Shown: piece by piece, positions 19,499 to 28,434 of the stretch | How the letters are laid out: each line of letters begins with the position of its first letter | Position numbering within the stretch: position 1 is the stretch's first letter | Virus record (IMG/VR): IMGVR_UViG_3300035704_000011 | Span: 1 to 55,941 of that record | DNA length: 55,941 nt | DNA from: a virus | Taxonomy: Duplodnaviria > Caudoviricetes | Strand: one strand, 5' to 3' | Translations under genes and position numbers: made by a program | The notes under the pieces: model-generated | The model's input: the letters and a program-made list of their open reading frames with translations, nothing else | Told to the model about the DNA's origin: nothing | The model's database searches: none

Positions 19499-19782
19499 CC
19501 GTCGATGCCGGCGCCCAGATCTTCCAGGCGCTGGGGCGGTTGCAGGGCGATGTCGATGCGGTGTTGCGCGGGCAGGAGGAGCTCGCCGTCCGGCTCGACC
19601 GGCATTTCGAGGACGACAAGCGGCTCGCCGATCGGGTCGGCGCGATCGAAATCGAGCAGGCGCGCTTTGCCGGCGCAGAGGCGAGCCGCACCCGTCGCAA
19701 CGCAGGCATTGCCAGCGTGATCGGCACGATCACCGGGGTCGCCGGCGCGATATTCGGCCACTGGGTCTCCGGCGGCCACTAA
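19495..19782 (+). CDS. Coiled-coil protein with C-terminal transmembrane helix (holin-like)
   Basis: LGRLQGDVDAV coil and AGIASVIGTITGVAGAIFG TM segment. Confidence 0.55.
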   Translation: MTVDAGAQIFQALGRLQGDVDAVLRGQEELAVRLDRHFEDDKRLADRVGAIEIEQARFAGAEASRTRRNAGIASVIGTITGVAGAIFGHWVSGGH

Positions 19783-19791
19783 ACCTCTTTC

Positions 19792-19940
19792 CCGCCCGGC
19801 CCGCTGCGAAGGGGCCGTTCCCAGACGCGACTGCACCACCTCCGAGCTCTTCATCGCCGCTCGGCGGGTGCGCCGTCGCAATACCCCCACGACCACGCAC
19901 CCCCCTGAACGCGCGTCCAGGCCCTTCGCAGGCCGGGCGG
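19792..19940 (+). other. Multi-stem structured non-coding element
   Basis: 19792-19801/19931-19940 (10 bp), 19805-19813/19922-19930 (9 bp) and inner stems are complementary. Confidence 0.55.
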
Positions 19941-19959
19941 CGATGGAGATTTTACTCAC

Positions 19960-20904
19960 ATGGATATCGCCGGGCAGCAGGCATTGCTGGATGTCGTCGC
20001 CGCCTATTCGAACCCGGTCCGCTGGGAAAGCCGATTGCGGCTTACGCTCGAGTTCATCGAGCGGATGCTCAACACCCGCGGGGTGCGATTGACGATGGTC
20101 GAATGCGCCCACGGCGAGCGGCATTTCGAGCTCCCCGAGCACCGCGGCATGAACCTCGTGCGGGTGCGGCAACGCTCGATGCTGTGGAACAAGGAGAACC
20201 TGCTCAACATCGGGATCGCGCGGCTACCCGATAACTGGTCATACGTGGCATGGCTCGATGCCGATATCATGTTCCGCGATCCACACTGGGCGGGCGAGAC
20301 GATTCACGCGCTGCAGCATTACGATGTGATCCAGCCCTGGTCCGACGCCTATGACCTCGGCCCGAAGGGCGAGCACGTCGGCGGCTGGAAAAGTTTCTGC
20401 TACCAGCACCGCCGCGGCTTCCGGGTCAACTGCCGGACCGGCGATGGATATGTTTTCGGCCATCCCGGCTATGCCTGGGCGGCACGGCGGCGCGCGCTCG
20501 ATGCGGTCGGCGGGCTGATCGACACCGGAATCCTCGGTGCCGGCGATCATCACATGGCCTATTCTTTGATCGGCCGCGGCGGGGAGACGACCTCGAAGGA
20601 CAAGCTCCCGGCGACGTATATGGCGCCGATATTGCGCTGGCAGGCATTCGCCGAGGAGGCGATCCAGCGCAATATCGGTTATCTGCGCGGCACGCTCGAG
20701 CATTTCTGGCACGGGCCCAAGCCCGACCGCCGCTATGTCGACCGCTGGAAAATCCTGATTCGCAACCAGTTCGACCCGGCGATCGATCTGCGCCGGACGA
20801 CCCGCTGGGTCTACGAGCTCGCCGGCAACAAGCCGCAATTGCGCGACGACCTCGATGCCTATTTCCGACAGCGCAACGAAGACTCGAACGAGTGTCCCCC
20901 GTAA
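19960..20904 (+). CDS. Glycosyltransferase-like protein (GT-A fold)
   Basis: WNKENLLNIG, YVAWLDADI (DxD), GHPGYAWA, GAGDHHMA, HFWHG. Confidence 0.75.
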   Translation: MDIAGQQALLDVVAAYSNPVRWESRLRLTLEFIERMLNTRGVRLTMVECAHGERHFELPEHRGMNLVRVRQRSMLWNKENLLNIGIARLPDNWSYVAWLDADIMFRDPHWAGETIHALQHYDVIQPWSDAYDLGPKGEHVGGWKSFCYQHRRGFRVNCRTGDGYVFGHPGYAWAARRRALDAVGGLIDTGILGAGDHHMAYSLIGRGGETTSKDKLPATYMAPILRWQAFAEEAIQRNIGYLRGTLEHFWHGPKPDRRYVDRWKILIRNQFDPAIDLRRTTRWVYELAGNKPQLRDDLDAYFRQRNEDSNECPP

Positions 20905-20916
20905 CGGAGAGATACC

Positions 20917-21141
20917 ATGAAGGTGATTCCCCTGACCCTGGCCGGCGGCCGCACGGTATTTTGCCGGTTCGATGGCGATTTTTACCTATGGCGGGCGGCC
21001 GACAATTCGGTGACCGTCGTCATTTCGGCGGCCGGCGAAATCGACGTGATGGAGACGCCGGCGGAAGTGCTTCACATCATCCGCGAGTCGGGCGGCGACA
21101 TGCACGCCCGCGTCGCCGAAGCCCTCGCCAATGTCCGATGA
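20917..21141 (+). CDS. Hypothetical protein
   Basis: GGAGA RBS; V.ETPAEV motif. Confidence 0.6.
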   Translation: MKVIPLTLAGGRTVFCRFDGDFYLWRAADNSVTVVISAAGEIDVMETPAEVLHIIRESGGDMHARVAEALANVR

Positions 21142-21313
21142 CAAGGTGGTGCGGCTCGTGCCGACGCGAGAGCCGCAGCCGCCGCGCGCCGACCGCGTGC
21201 TCGCCGCGCTGATCATCCTGACCAACGGCGTCGTGAGAGTCGGCAAGACCGCCGTCTATGCGGCGATCCTGCTGCTCGCCGCGATCGGCGCCGTCAGCCT
21301 GATCGGGCGTTAG
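21131..21313 (+). CDS. Small membrane protein
   Basis: Hydrophobic C-terminus. Confidence 0.55.
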   Translation: MSDDKVVRLVPTREPQPPRADRVLAALIILTNGVVRVGKTAVYAAILLLAAIGAVSLIGR

Positions 21314-21720
21314 GCAGCGGCGCGGTAGACCCCATTTTCAAGGGTCAGCTTGCCCTTGTTGACGAGAAGCCGCTGCACGTTCGATGGCGGCGCAGTCGGT
21401 TTCCATCCTGCGAGCTGACGAATCTGCTCATAGGTCGCGCCGTCCGGAAATTTCTCGGCGAGCAGCTGCGGGATTGCATTCATTGCAATCTTGGTCGGCG
21501 CGGCCGGTGCTTCGGCGCTCGCCGCCTTGCGCGGCCGGCCGCGTCCTGGGGTGGCCACCGTTTTCGTCCTCATCGTTGCAAGCAAATCACCCGCGCTCTC
21601 GCATAGGACCTCTGCTGTAGTGAAGTTGCCGCCGGTGATGGCGGCCGATGCCTTTTTCAGAAAGTCGCCCGCCACCGTCGCGATCTTAGCGCGGTAATTC
21701 GTAGTAGTCGTTGATTGCAT
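21310..21720 (-). CDS. AT-hook plus winged-helix-like DNA-binding protein (moron)
   Basis: AAGGAGGA RBS; PGRGRPRK AT-hook; C-terminal wHTH-like segment. Confidence 0.6.
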   Translation of the reverse strand: MQSTTTTNYRAKIATVAGDFLKKASAAITGGNFTTAEVLCESAGDLLATMRTKTVATPGRGRPRKAASAEAPAAPTKIAMNAIPQLLAEKFPDGATYEQIRQLAGWKPTAPPSNVQRLLVNKGKLTLENGVYRAAA

Positions 21721-21860
21721 TGTGATCCTCCTTTTCTCGTGCCCTCCAAATACCACCCACCCGCTGCCGGATTAAACAATTATTTGCCCAAAAGACCCGC
21801 GTTTTCGCCGCAAAAAAGGCCGCAGCGCCGACGAGACCGCGCCAGGAATTAAGGAAAATC

Positions 21861-22544
21861 ATGACCGCCAGCACCGAGATCCTCACGGCAATCGCCGGCT
21901 GGGCGCCAAAGCCCGTCGCGGCGAGCGAGGCGCAGGCGGCCCTCGCTGCAATCTTCGAGGGCGAAGGGGGCCGCTCGTTCCGCGAACTCTACAGCGGCGG
22001 CGAGTTGCTGATGCCCGACCATCCGAACATCGAAATCATGGGCAAGCGGCGGCTATGGACCGGCAACCTCGCCGTGTTCCCTGACTGGGGCGGCGCAGAA
22101 CTTGACGACCGTCGCACCAAAACCCACGCCGCCGGCGCCGGCCAGGACGAGCCGGCGACATGGCAGACAATCGGCCGGCTCACCGGTGTCACCGGGTTTG
22201 AACCGACCGATCAACTCGATGGAAATTGGTTCCTCGCGCAGCACGATTTCGCCGCGCGCAGCGGCCAGGACCTGCTCGCCGCGCTGCAGGCCGGTCACCC
22301 CGAGCTCGTCACGACCTATCTCATCCGGGTCTGGCCTGGCGGTGCTGACCGCAGCTTCGCCAAGCGCTTCGCCGCCAACCTGGCGGCCCTCAAGGCGCTC
22401 TCGATGCCGCCACCGCCACCACCGCCGCCCTATGCCGGCATGGTGCCGCAGCGGCTCTCGGTCGAGCTCCTCCTCAAGCCGGCGAGCGACGGCCACAGCC
22501 TCGAGCTCACCGCCGAGCACCTCACTGCGGGACCCGCGCCGTGA
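21861..22544 (+). CDS. Endolysin (lambda R/GH104-like lytic transglycosylase)
   Basis: IFEGEG (catalytic Glu candidate), HAAGAGQ....TW, FEPTDQ resemble TAAGRYQ..TW..FSP.SQ. Confidence 0.65.
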   Translation: MTASTEILTAIAGWAPKPVAASEAQAALAAIFEGEGGRSFRELYSGGELLMPDHPNIEIMGKRRLWTGNLAVFPDWGGAELDDRRTKTHAAGAGQDEPATWQTIGRLTGVTGFEPTDQLDGNWFLAQHDFAARSGQDLLAALQAGHPELVTTYLIRVWPGGADRSFAKRFAANLAALKALSMPPPPPPPPYAGMVPQRLSVELLLKPASDGHSLELTAEHLTAGPAP

Positions 22545-22981
22545 TGAACCCGAAAATGACGACCGGCGCAGCCGCTGGCATCGCAGTTCAGATCGTCGTC
22601 GTGCTGATGTGGCTCCTGGCGATGGCGCACATCACCGTCCCGAACGACGTTGCGATAGCGCTCGCCGGGATCATCACCTGGGCGGGCGGGCTTGTCCTGC
22701 ATCCCAACAATTCAGCCGATGCACCGCCCGGCAATCGTATGACGCCGATCGTTCGCTCGATAATTGCCGCCCTCGCCGTCGTCGGGCTCGCCGGTCCGCT
22801 CGCCTTGCGGGCGCTCGCAACCAGCGATGAGCCGACGACCGTCTGGCAGACTATCGCCGCGGCGCCGTCGATCGTCGACTTGATCGAGCCGGCTTTCGAT
22901 CCCTGCAATCGTTCTGGCCAGGGCGCCGTCGAATTGCGCCGCTGCCTGGCCCTGAGCGCGACCACCAAAGGCCCACAATGA
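22541..22981 (+). CDS. Membrane protein (holin/spanin candidate)
   Basis: Three hydrophobic segments; follows endolysin. Confidence 0.5.
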   Translation: MMNPKMTTGAAAGIAVQIVVVLMWLLAMAHITVPNDVAIALAGIITWAGGLVLHPNNSADAPPGNRMTPIVRSIIAALAVVGLAGPLALRALATSDEPTTVWQTIAAAPSIVDLIEPAFDPCNRSGQGAVELRRCLALSATTKGPQ

Positions 22982-23172
22982 TCCGGCTGACCCTTTTCCT
23001 CTGCGGCGCGCTCGCCGCAGCCGCGCTCGCGATGCTCGGCGGGTGCTCGACGCCGCAGGTCGTCCAGGCCACCGATTGCCGCGGTGCCGCGGCACCGTGC
23101 GGGACAATCGCCATCGATCAACACGCAATGACCCCCCTCATGCTCACGGTTCCGGTGTCCGCCCTACCCTAG
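22978..23172 (+). CDS. Small lipoprotein (o-spanin candidate)
   Basis: Signal peptide with LGGC lipobox. Confidence 0.55.
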   Translation: MIRLTLFLCGALAAAALAMLGGCSTPQVVQATDCRGAAAPCGTIAIDQHAMTPLMLTVPVSALP

Positions 23173-23447
23173 GCGGACTTTTCCGGCCCGATTGCGGGCG
23201 ACCGTTCGGGCGGCGCTCCTGCGCTTTCTAATGCCTCATCGATCCTCTGGATCGCCGCGATGAAAGCCGCCCGTAGCTGGCGTATTTCCTGAATTTCTTC
23301 GTCGCCGCAAATTTTATCGTCGACGGAACGGCCCCGGATGTGGCTGTCCATTAGGCTAGACGAGCCCCGCGTAATCTGGCGGAATGCGGTAGCGATGTTA
23401 GACGGAGATTTCGTAAAACCCCATTGAAAACAAAGGCCATAACATCC

Positions 23448-23494
23448 GACTGAAAATCCGTGTGTCGGTGGTTCAATTCCGCCCCTGGGCACCA
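23448..23494 (+). mobile_element. attP core: 3' part of tRNA-Phe(GAA)
   Basis: GACTGAAAATCCGTGTGTCGGTGGTTCAATTCCGCCCCTGGGCACCA (anticodon loop to CCA, no 5' half); flanked by ATTGAAAAC/GTTTTCAAT inverted repeat and GYTAGAC repeats; near integrase. Confidence 0.9.
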
Positions 23495-23531
23495 GCGTTT
23501 TCAATCACTTGCGAGAGGCAACGAAAGCGCG

Positions 23532-23999
23532 TTAGACATCTATGTCGCTCGCGCTAGACACCCAATTCCAAAATCCTTGCGCACCGCGGTGCGGGATAGG
23601 CGGTTCGAAGCGCTCGATGCTCGTAAGCGGCCAGGCGAATTTGTGCGCATCGATCCGATCACTGTCGAATTCCCTTTTCCAGTTGGTGCGCACCCATTCG
23701 AGCGCCGGCACTGACCTGCCAATGATCGCCGTGCCGAGGATCGACGACAGCGGCCAGGATTTGGTGTGAACGGTAGCCAACAGTGGGCGCGCGATTTCGC
23801 AGATAAGAGACGTCTCCTCGTCGTCGATGCGGGCGATGATGTCGGCGATCTCATCCGCCCGCGCCGGCCGCGCGCCTGCGTGGAGGGCGATGCGCTGCCC
23901 AACGATCCGCTTCGGACAATACCAGCTTCGCCATTCGACGGTCTTCGCACCGGCGATGATCAGGCTACACCAAGGCTGCCAAATCGTGAGGGCTTTCAC
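23532..23999 (-). CDS. ASCH domain protein (copy 1)
   Basis: ALTIWQPWCSLIIAGAKTVEWRSW...IALHAG...RGAQGFW. Confidence 0.85.
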   Translation of the reverse strand: MKALTIWQPWCSLIIAGAKTVEWRSWYCPKRIVGQRIALHAGARPARADEIADIIARIDDEETSLICEIARPLLATVHTKSWPLSSILGTAIIGRSVPALEWVRTNWKREFDSDRIDAHKFAWPLTSIERFEPPIPHRGAQGFWNWVSSASDIDV

Positions 24000-25030
24000 T
24001 TCCGCCTCGGCCTGAGCTTCGCGACCGCCGCGACGGCGCGCTTTTTGCGATCCGCTTCCTCGCTGTAGTGCGCGGCCATCTGCAGGGTCTTGTGGCCGAG
24101 CAGCGCGGCGATGGTGCGCGAGTCGGCGCCGCGGTCGGCGAGCAGCCGACCCGCCGTGTGACGTAGACCGTGGAAAGTCAGCCCCGGCCGCACCTTCCCC
24201 TCTACCTGGAGCTTGCGGACGAGCCGGAAGAACATGACGCGGAAGCCGTTCCCGCTGTAGGGCCGCCCGCTCTGGTTGGCGACCAGGGTTAGCGCGACGA
24301 TATGAATCCGACTTTCCGACTCGGCGTCCAAAATGGTCTTTAGCTGCGGGTGCACCGGCAGCTCGACCAGTGATCCGGTCTTGCCCTGCGACCAGCGCAG
24401 CCAGCTGCCGTCATAGATCGACCGCTGCGCGCGGATGACGTCGCCCTCGCGCATGCCCGCAAACATGCCGAGCGCGATCCCGACCTTAAGGCCGCCAGAG
24501 GCTGCCGCGAGCACCACATCGCACTCGTCTGGGTCCCATGCTCGATTAGCTTGTGGCGTCCCGCGCGGCCGGCGCAATTTCGGCACGGTCGCCGCCTGGT
24601 TGGTTTCGACCAGGTCGCGCACGGCTCCCCACTTCAGCAACAGCCGCAGCACGCTCAGGACATAGTTGGCGAACCGCCGCCTGTGCGCCTGGAAGGCCGC
24701 GTCCCGCACCTCGATCACGTAGGCCGAGGTGATTCCGAGCAGCGCGTCACCATCGAGTGGCCGCAGATAGTCGAATACCTTTTGATAGTCAGCCCGTGTC
24801 CGGGGTGCGAGCTCGAGGAACTCCGGCGAGCGGTGATAGGCGGCGATCAGCGCGCCGAGTGTTCCCGGGTTCGGCGCCTGCGGCCGCTGGCCGTCTAGCC
24901 GCTCAACCTCAGCCAGGAATGCGGCGGTGCCGAACGGTGCGTGGATGCGGGTGCCGGTGCGCCGGTGGTAGGCGTAGAGCCTCCCGCGGCTGCGGTAGAG
25001 CTTAACGCCGCGCACCTTGATCTCCACCAT
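23996..25030 (-). CDS. int: Tyrosine integrase
   Basis: GMREGD, QGKTG, FHGLRHT, LGHKT...HY catalytic motifs. Confidence 0.95.
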   Translation of the reverse strand: MVEIKVRGVKLYRSRGRLYAYHRRTGTRIHAPFGTAAFLAEVERLDGQRPQAPNPGTLGALIAAYHRSPEFLELAPRTRADYQKVFDYLRPLDGDALLGITSAYVIEVRDAAFQAHRRRFANYVLSVLRLLLKWGAVRDLVETNQAATVPKLRRPRGTPQANRAWDPDECDVVLAAASGGLKVGIALGMFAGMREGDVIRAQRSIYDGSWLRWSQGKTGSLVELPVHPQLKTILDAESESRIHIVALTLVANQSGRPYSGNGFRVMFFRLVRKLQVEGKVRPGLTFHGLRHTAGRLLADRGADSRTIAALLGHKTLQMAAHYSEEADRKKRAVAAVAKLRPRRK

Positions 25031-25826
25031 CGGCCATCCCCCGCACCGCAGAGAGGACAGCTTTCGCCACCGCGCGGCCCATGGCAAGCGGGACGCCGTT
25101 CCCTACAGCCTTGCGCTTGCTGGTCGCCGCAAGCGGGCAATCCTTATCGGCCAGGAAATCCGGTGGCAGCCCCTGCAGCTCGCACATGCGCGACAGCGGC
25201 ATTGCCCGTCCTGTGGTCGGCAGCCGCCCACCATCCCATCCTCGGTTCAGGCACGACGATCGGCCGCCGCTCTCAGTCGGTTTCCGCAATCCGCCCTTTA
25301 GCTTACCACTACCGCCGATTTTCACTGGAATTATTTCGCGCGCATCGCAAGTCACCGCTCGTTCCGGGTCTGGCCGATGAAGCGCAAGCGTGTCGATCCT
25401 AAGCCGGGTGCTGTCCGGCGAGCCAAAGCTGAAGCGGCGCTGTCGGTTGGTCAGTCCGCCAACCCAAACATCGCGGAGAATTTCGTCGCGGACGTGATAG
25501 CCCTCGACCGATGGGAGCGGCGCGTCTGGCACGTTCTCCATCAGGAACCATCCTGGCCGCGCCTCGGCAACGCACCGATCAAATTCCGGGGTCAGGTTTT
25601 CGGCTAGCTGATGGCCGTTTGCAGAGATGATGAACCGCAGCTTGCTGAATGCCTGGCACGGCGGGCCGCCTATCACGCCATCAAATTTGCCGGCTGGCGG
25701 ATGGAACTGCTTAATATCGCCGCCCCACAGCAGATCCGGCCCGCGCACGACACAAAAGCCGACCTCCTCGAAGGCCCGGTCCAAAAGGCCTATTCCTGGA
25801 AACAGGGACAGCACCAGTTTCATCAC
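25002..25826 (-). CDS. DNA cytosine-5 methyltransferase
   Basis: SLFPGIG, GGPPCQ, MENV, RQRRF, VGNGVP motifs. Confidence 0.92.
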   Translation of the reverse strand: MMKLVLSLFPGIGLLDRAFEEVGFCVVRGPDLLWGGDIKQFHPPAGKFDGVIGGPPCQAFSKLRFIISANGHQLAENLTPEFDRCVAEARPGWFLMENVPDAPLPSVEGYHVRDEILRDVWVGGLTNRQRRFSFGSPDSTRLRIDTLALHRPDPERAVTCDAREIIPVKIGGSGKLKGGLRKPTESGGRSSCLNRGWDGGRLPTTGRAMPLSRMCELQGLPPDFLADKDCPLAATSKRKAVGNGVPLAMGRAVAKAVLSAVRGMADGGDQGARR

Positions 25827-26080
25827 CGCCGCTGCTCACCATTGAGCCGCTCCCCCATCGACCGAGCGTCGACAGGCTGCGCGAGCCCGGATTGCGCGTC
25901 CAGCCAGCGGTCCAGGGCTTTGACATCCCACAGGTTCCGGCGGCCGAACTCGAGCGGCGGCACAGCGGGCTTGACCTGCTCGTCGAAAAAATTGGGCGAC
26001 ATGCCGCAGTAAAGCGCCGCTGCCTCGCGCGACAGTAATCGCGGCGTCATGCCGGCGGGCAGGCGGCGAGGCTCAGGCAT
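25823..26080 (-). CDS. Excisionase/AlpA-like HTH protein
   Basis: PRLLSREAAALYCGMS...WDVKALDRWLD. Confidence 0.75.
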   Translation of the reverse strand: MPEPRRLPAGMTPRLLSREAAALYCGMSPNFFDEQVKPAVPPLEFGRRNLWDVKALDRWLDAQSGLAQPVDARSMGERLNGEQRR

Positions 26081-26585
26081 CCGCAGCCCACCGCCAGAAG
26101 CCTTGTGCACCGCGCGCCGGCAGCGGGAGGTCGAACCGTTCGATCGCGGTTAGCGGCCACGCCCACATATGATGGTCGATCCGCATCGAATCCGCTTCGG
26201 CTGCGGCGGATTGCTCGCGACTGAACAAGATGTGAGCGCGGCGCGGCTCTCCCAGGATTGCTGTTCCGAGCACAGCAGAGAGAGGCAACATTCCTGGCGC
26301 GAGGTGCCATCGTTCCAAAAACGGCGCAGCGGCCTCGTTGATTATCGAGTGCTTCCGGTGCATGCGATCCAGTAGATCGGCGATTTCGTCTCGGCGAGCT
26401 GGGCGGGCACCGGCGTGGATCGCAATCCGTTTGCCGATCAGATCAGGTCGCCGAGACCGATAATCCCACTTGCGGAATTCGTAAGGCTTCCAGCCTTCGA
26501 TGATCAAGGTCGACCAAGGTGCCCACACCGTAAGGGCATAAACCGGCTCAGCCATCGGCAATGCACCAACATCCGTCGCAGTCAT
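26073..26585 (-). CDS. ASCH domain protein (copy 2)
   Basis: ALTVWAPWSTLIIEGWKPYEFRKW...IAIHAG...RGAQGFW. Confidence 0.85.
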   Translation of the reverse strand: MTATDVGALPMAEPVYALTVWAPWSTLIIEGWKPYEFRKWDYRSRRPDLIGKRIAIHAGARPARRDEIADLLDRMHRKHSIINEAAAPFLERWHLAPGMLPLSAVLGTAILGEPRRAHILFSREQSAAAEADSMRIDHHMWAWPLTAIERFDLPLPARGAQGFWRWAADA

Positions 26586-26711
26586 ATTTGAGACGGATGA
26601 GCCCGAGCGATTCCGCGACGAATACGGCGTGCGCGACCATGATGCCGAGCAGCGTGCAGCCCAGCCGAAAGGCGAAGCTTACCGCGCCATCCATCCAATA
26701 ACCAGGAGGCC

Positions 26712-26888
26712 TCACGCCAGGCCCTCGATCGTCGCCAGCACGGCACGCATCGCAGCGAGTTCGTGGTCGGCGGTCTCCTGCTTCATTTTTTTGATGGAGA
26801 CGCGCCGGGGATAGACGGCCTCGCGCATGGCGATCTCTCGCCTGACGCAGCGGATCTGGTCGGCGAGCGAAATGGTCGGTTCGCTCAT
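26712..26888 (-). CDS. Hypothetical phage protein
   Basis: ISLADQIRCVRREIAMRE.VYPR motif. Confidence 0.65.
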   Translation of the reverse strand: MSEPTISLADQIRCVRREIAMREAVYPRRVSIKKMKQETADHELAAMRAVLATIEGLA

Positions 26889-27121
26889 TCCGCCCAATCC
26901 AAGTCGCCGATTTCAATGGTCGGCTTAGACAACTCCAAAATGGCGGCCATCCGGGCGATAAACTCCTGCAGCTTAGAAATCTGGGATGCGTCAGCGATCG
27001 TGGCGTCGATCACGAACCGCACACGCTTGCCAGATTGCTCCAGGTACGAATTGAACCCATCCTCGCTCGCAATTGCGTTGGCGCGACGCCAGGCGGCCGT
27101 TTCTGCTCGCCCGCCGCTCAT
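26885..27121 (-). CDS. Hypothetical protein
   Basis: Overlapping start/stop with neighbours. Confidence 0.5.
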   Translation of the reverse strand: MSGGRAETAAWRRANAIASEDGFNSYLEQSGKRVRFVIDATIADASQISKLQEFIARMAAILELSKPTIEIGDLDWAE

Positions 27122-28434
27122 AGCGCCGGAGTCTCCCGCTCAACCTCCGACATCGCCATCGCCAGATCGGTCGAGGCTTGCTTGTCGGCCTGGCGCAGCA
27201 GGCTCAGGTAACGCGCCTGCGCGGCGCGAAAGGCTTTACGGTCATCCGGCGCGACAGCGCGGAATTCGGCCAGCACGCGTGCTGCGTAGTCTTTCCAGTC
27301 AAAGCCGCCGCGGACCTTTGACGGCTCGATCTCGGGATCGCCCCGGGGAGGGGTAGCACCTGGGGAAATCGCAACAGGGGGTCCTCCTTTCTGCTGATGT
27401 TGCCGATCCCCCTCCCCGGGGCGGTTCTGTTGCGCGCCGCGCAGCCGGGTGGCGAACGCCGCCTCGACCGCCGCGACGTGCTCGCGGTGCTGATCGCGAT
27501 ATTCCCGCATCACCGGCGCGTTGATCTCGCGAAAGCGGTGCACGTTTGCGAGTTCCCCGATGCTCTGGATCGCCGTCACCATGCGACCGCGCCATTCCTC
27601 GATCGTCGAGCAGCTGGTTTCGTCGCGGTTGCGCTTGATCGCGAAGCGGCGCGGCTCCAGCGCCTCGACCGATGGCCCTTGTGTGGGCGCGGGAGGCGCC
27701 GCCGTCTCGCCGTCGATGACGATCCCCTTCTCCGGGTGCAGATAGGCGTGTCGCCCTTGTTCCTCGTGCGCCTCGTCGATGCGGGCGGCCAGCACGAAGG
27801 AGGATAGGGGCAAGGACCGCCCCAAGCGTCGCCGCGCGGTCTTGGCGCACATTGCGGCGTACGGAATTCCAGGCTGATTCCATGGCGACTCGGCCCGCTT
27901 CGCGCCAGGTGCCCGATTTTTGATTTCGAGGATTTCGTCGATCGACATCACGACGACAATCGGCCGACGATCGGGCGCGGTAGCTGTCGCCCAGCTCGCG
28001 ACGATCCTCCGATCTTTCTCGCCCCCTAGCTGTGGCCGATGCAGGACATGGGGTTCGCTGCCGAGCTGGAAGTCGAATTCATCGTTATCACGCACGACCT
28101 CGCCAGCGACCGTCAGACCGGCGCGCCATCCCAAAGTTGCCTGACCTTTATAGCCCGTAATCCAATTCGCCTTCGCGATACCCTTGTCTCGGAAGGGCAC
28201 GAGGAATCCCTGGCCAGTCACACCATCCGCTTCCAGACCAAGGACGGCACCAGTCATCGCTGCCTGCATGATCGAGAGTGGTGTGCACGCCAAAAGCTGC
28301 TCGTTCCGTTCGCAGGAGATGACGACCGTGCGGATCATCCGCTCAGCTGTCAGGCCAGTCGGCCGCAGCACCTGATCGAACATTGGCCGAAGGGCCGACA
28401 GCTGGTGCTCGATGACGGCGAGGGCTTGGCTCAT
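27118..28434 (-). CDS. recT: RecT-family recombinase with C-terminal extension
   Basis: CTPLSIMQA...LGLE...LVPF...GYKG...SPW...MCAKTARRRL. Confidence 0.88.
   Translation of the reverse strand: MSQALAVIEHQLSALRPMFDQVLRPTGLTAERMIRTVVISCERNEQLLACTPLSIMQAAMTGAVLGLEADGVTGQGFLVPFRDKGIAKANWITGYKGQATLGWRAGLTVAGEVVRDNDEFDFQLGSEPHVLHRPQLGGEKDRRIVASWATATAPDRRPIVVVMSIDEILEIKNRAPGAKRAESPWNQPGIPYAAMCAKTARRRLGRSLPLSSFVLAARIDEAHEEQGRHAYLHPEKGIVIDGETAAPPAPTQGPSVEALEPRRFAIKRNRDETSCSTIEEWRGRMVTAIQSIGELANVHRFREINAPVMREYRDQHREHVAAVEAAFATRLRGAQQNRPGEGDRQHQQKGGPPVAISPGATPPRGDPEIEPSKVRGGFDWKDYAARVLAEFRAVAPDDRKAFRAAQARYLSLLRQADKQASTDLAMAMSEVERETPAL

Noticed and set aside
23448-23494. Functional tRNA-Phe gene
   Set aside because: The 5' acceptor strand and D arm are missing; it is an att core
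23169-23504. 111-aa minus-strand ORF across attP
   Set aside because: The N-terminal half is the antisense reading of the tRNA fragment; only 23169-23351 might be coding and support is weak
25282-25328. Self-targets of the guides in the methyltransferase gene (ttccgcaat, cgcccttta, tttcactgg)
   Set aside because: Only single 8-9-nt half matches from different units with no adjacent partner half; expected by chance in 56 kb
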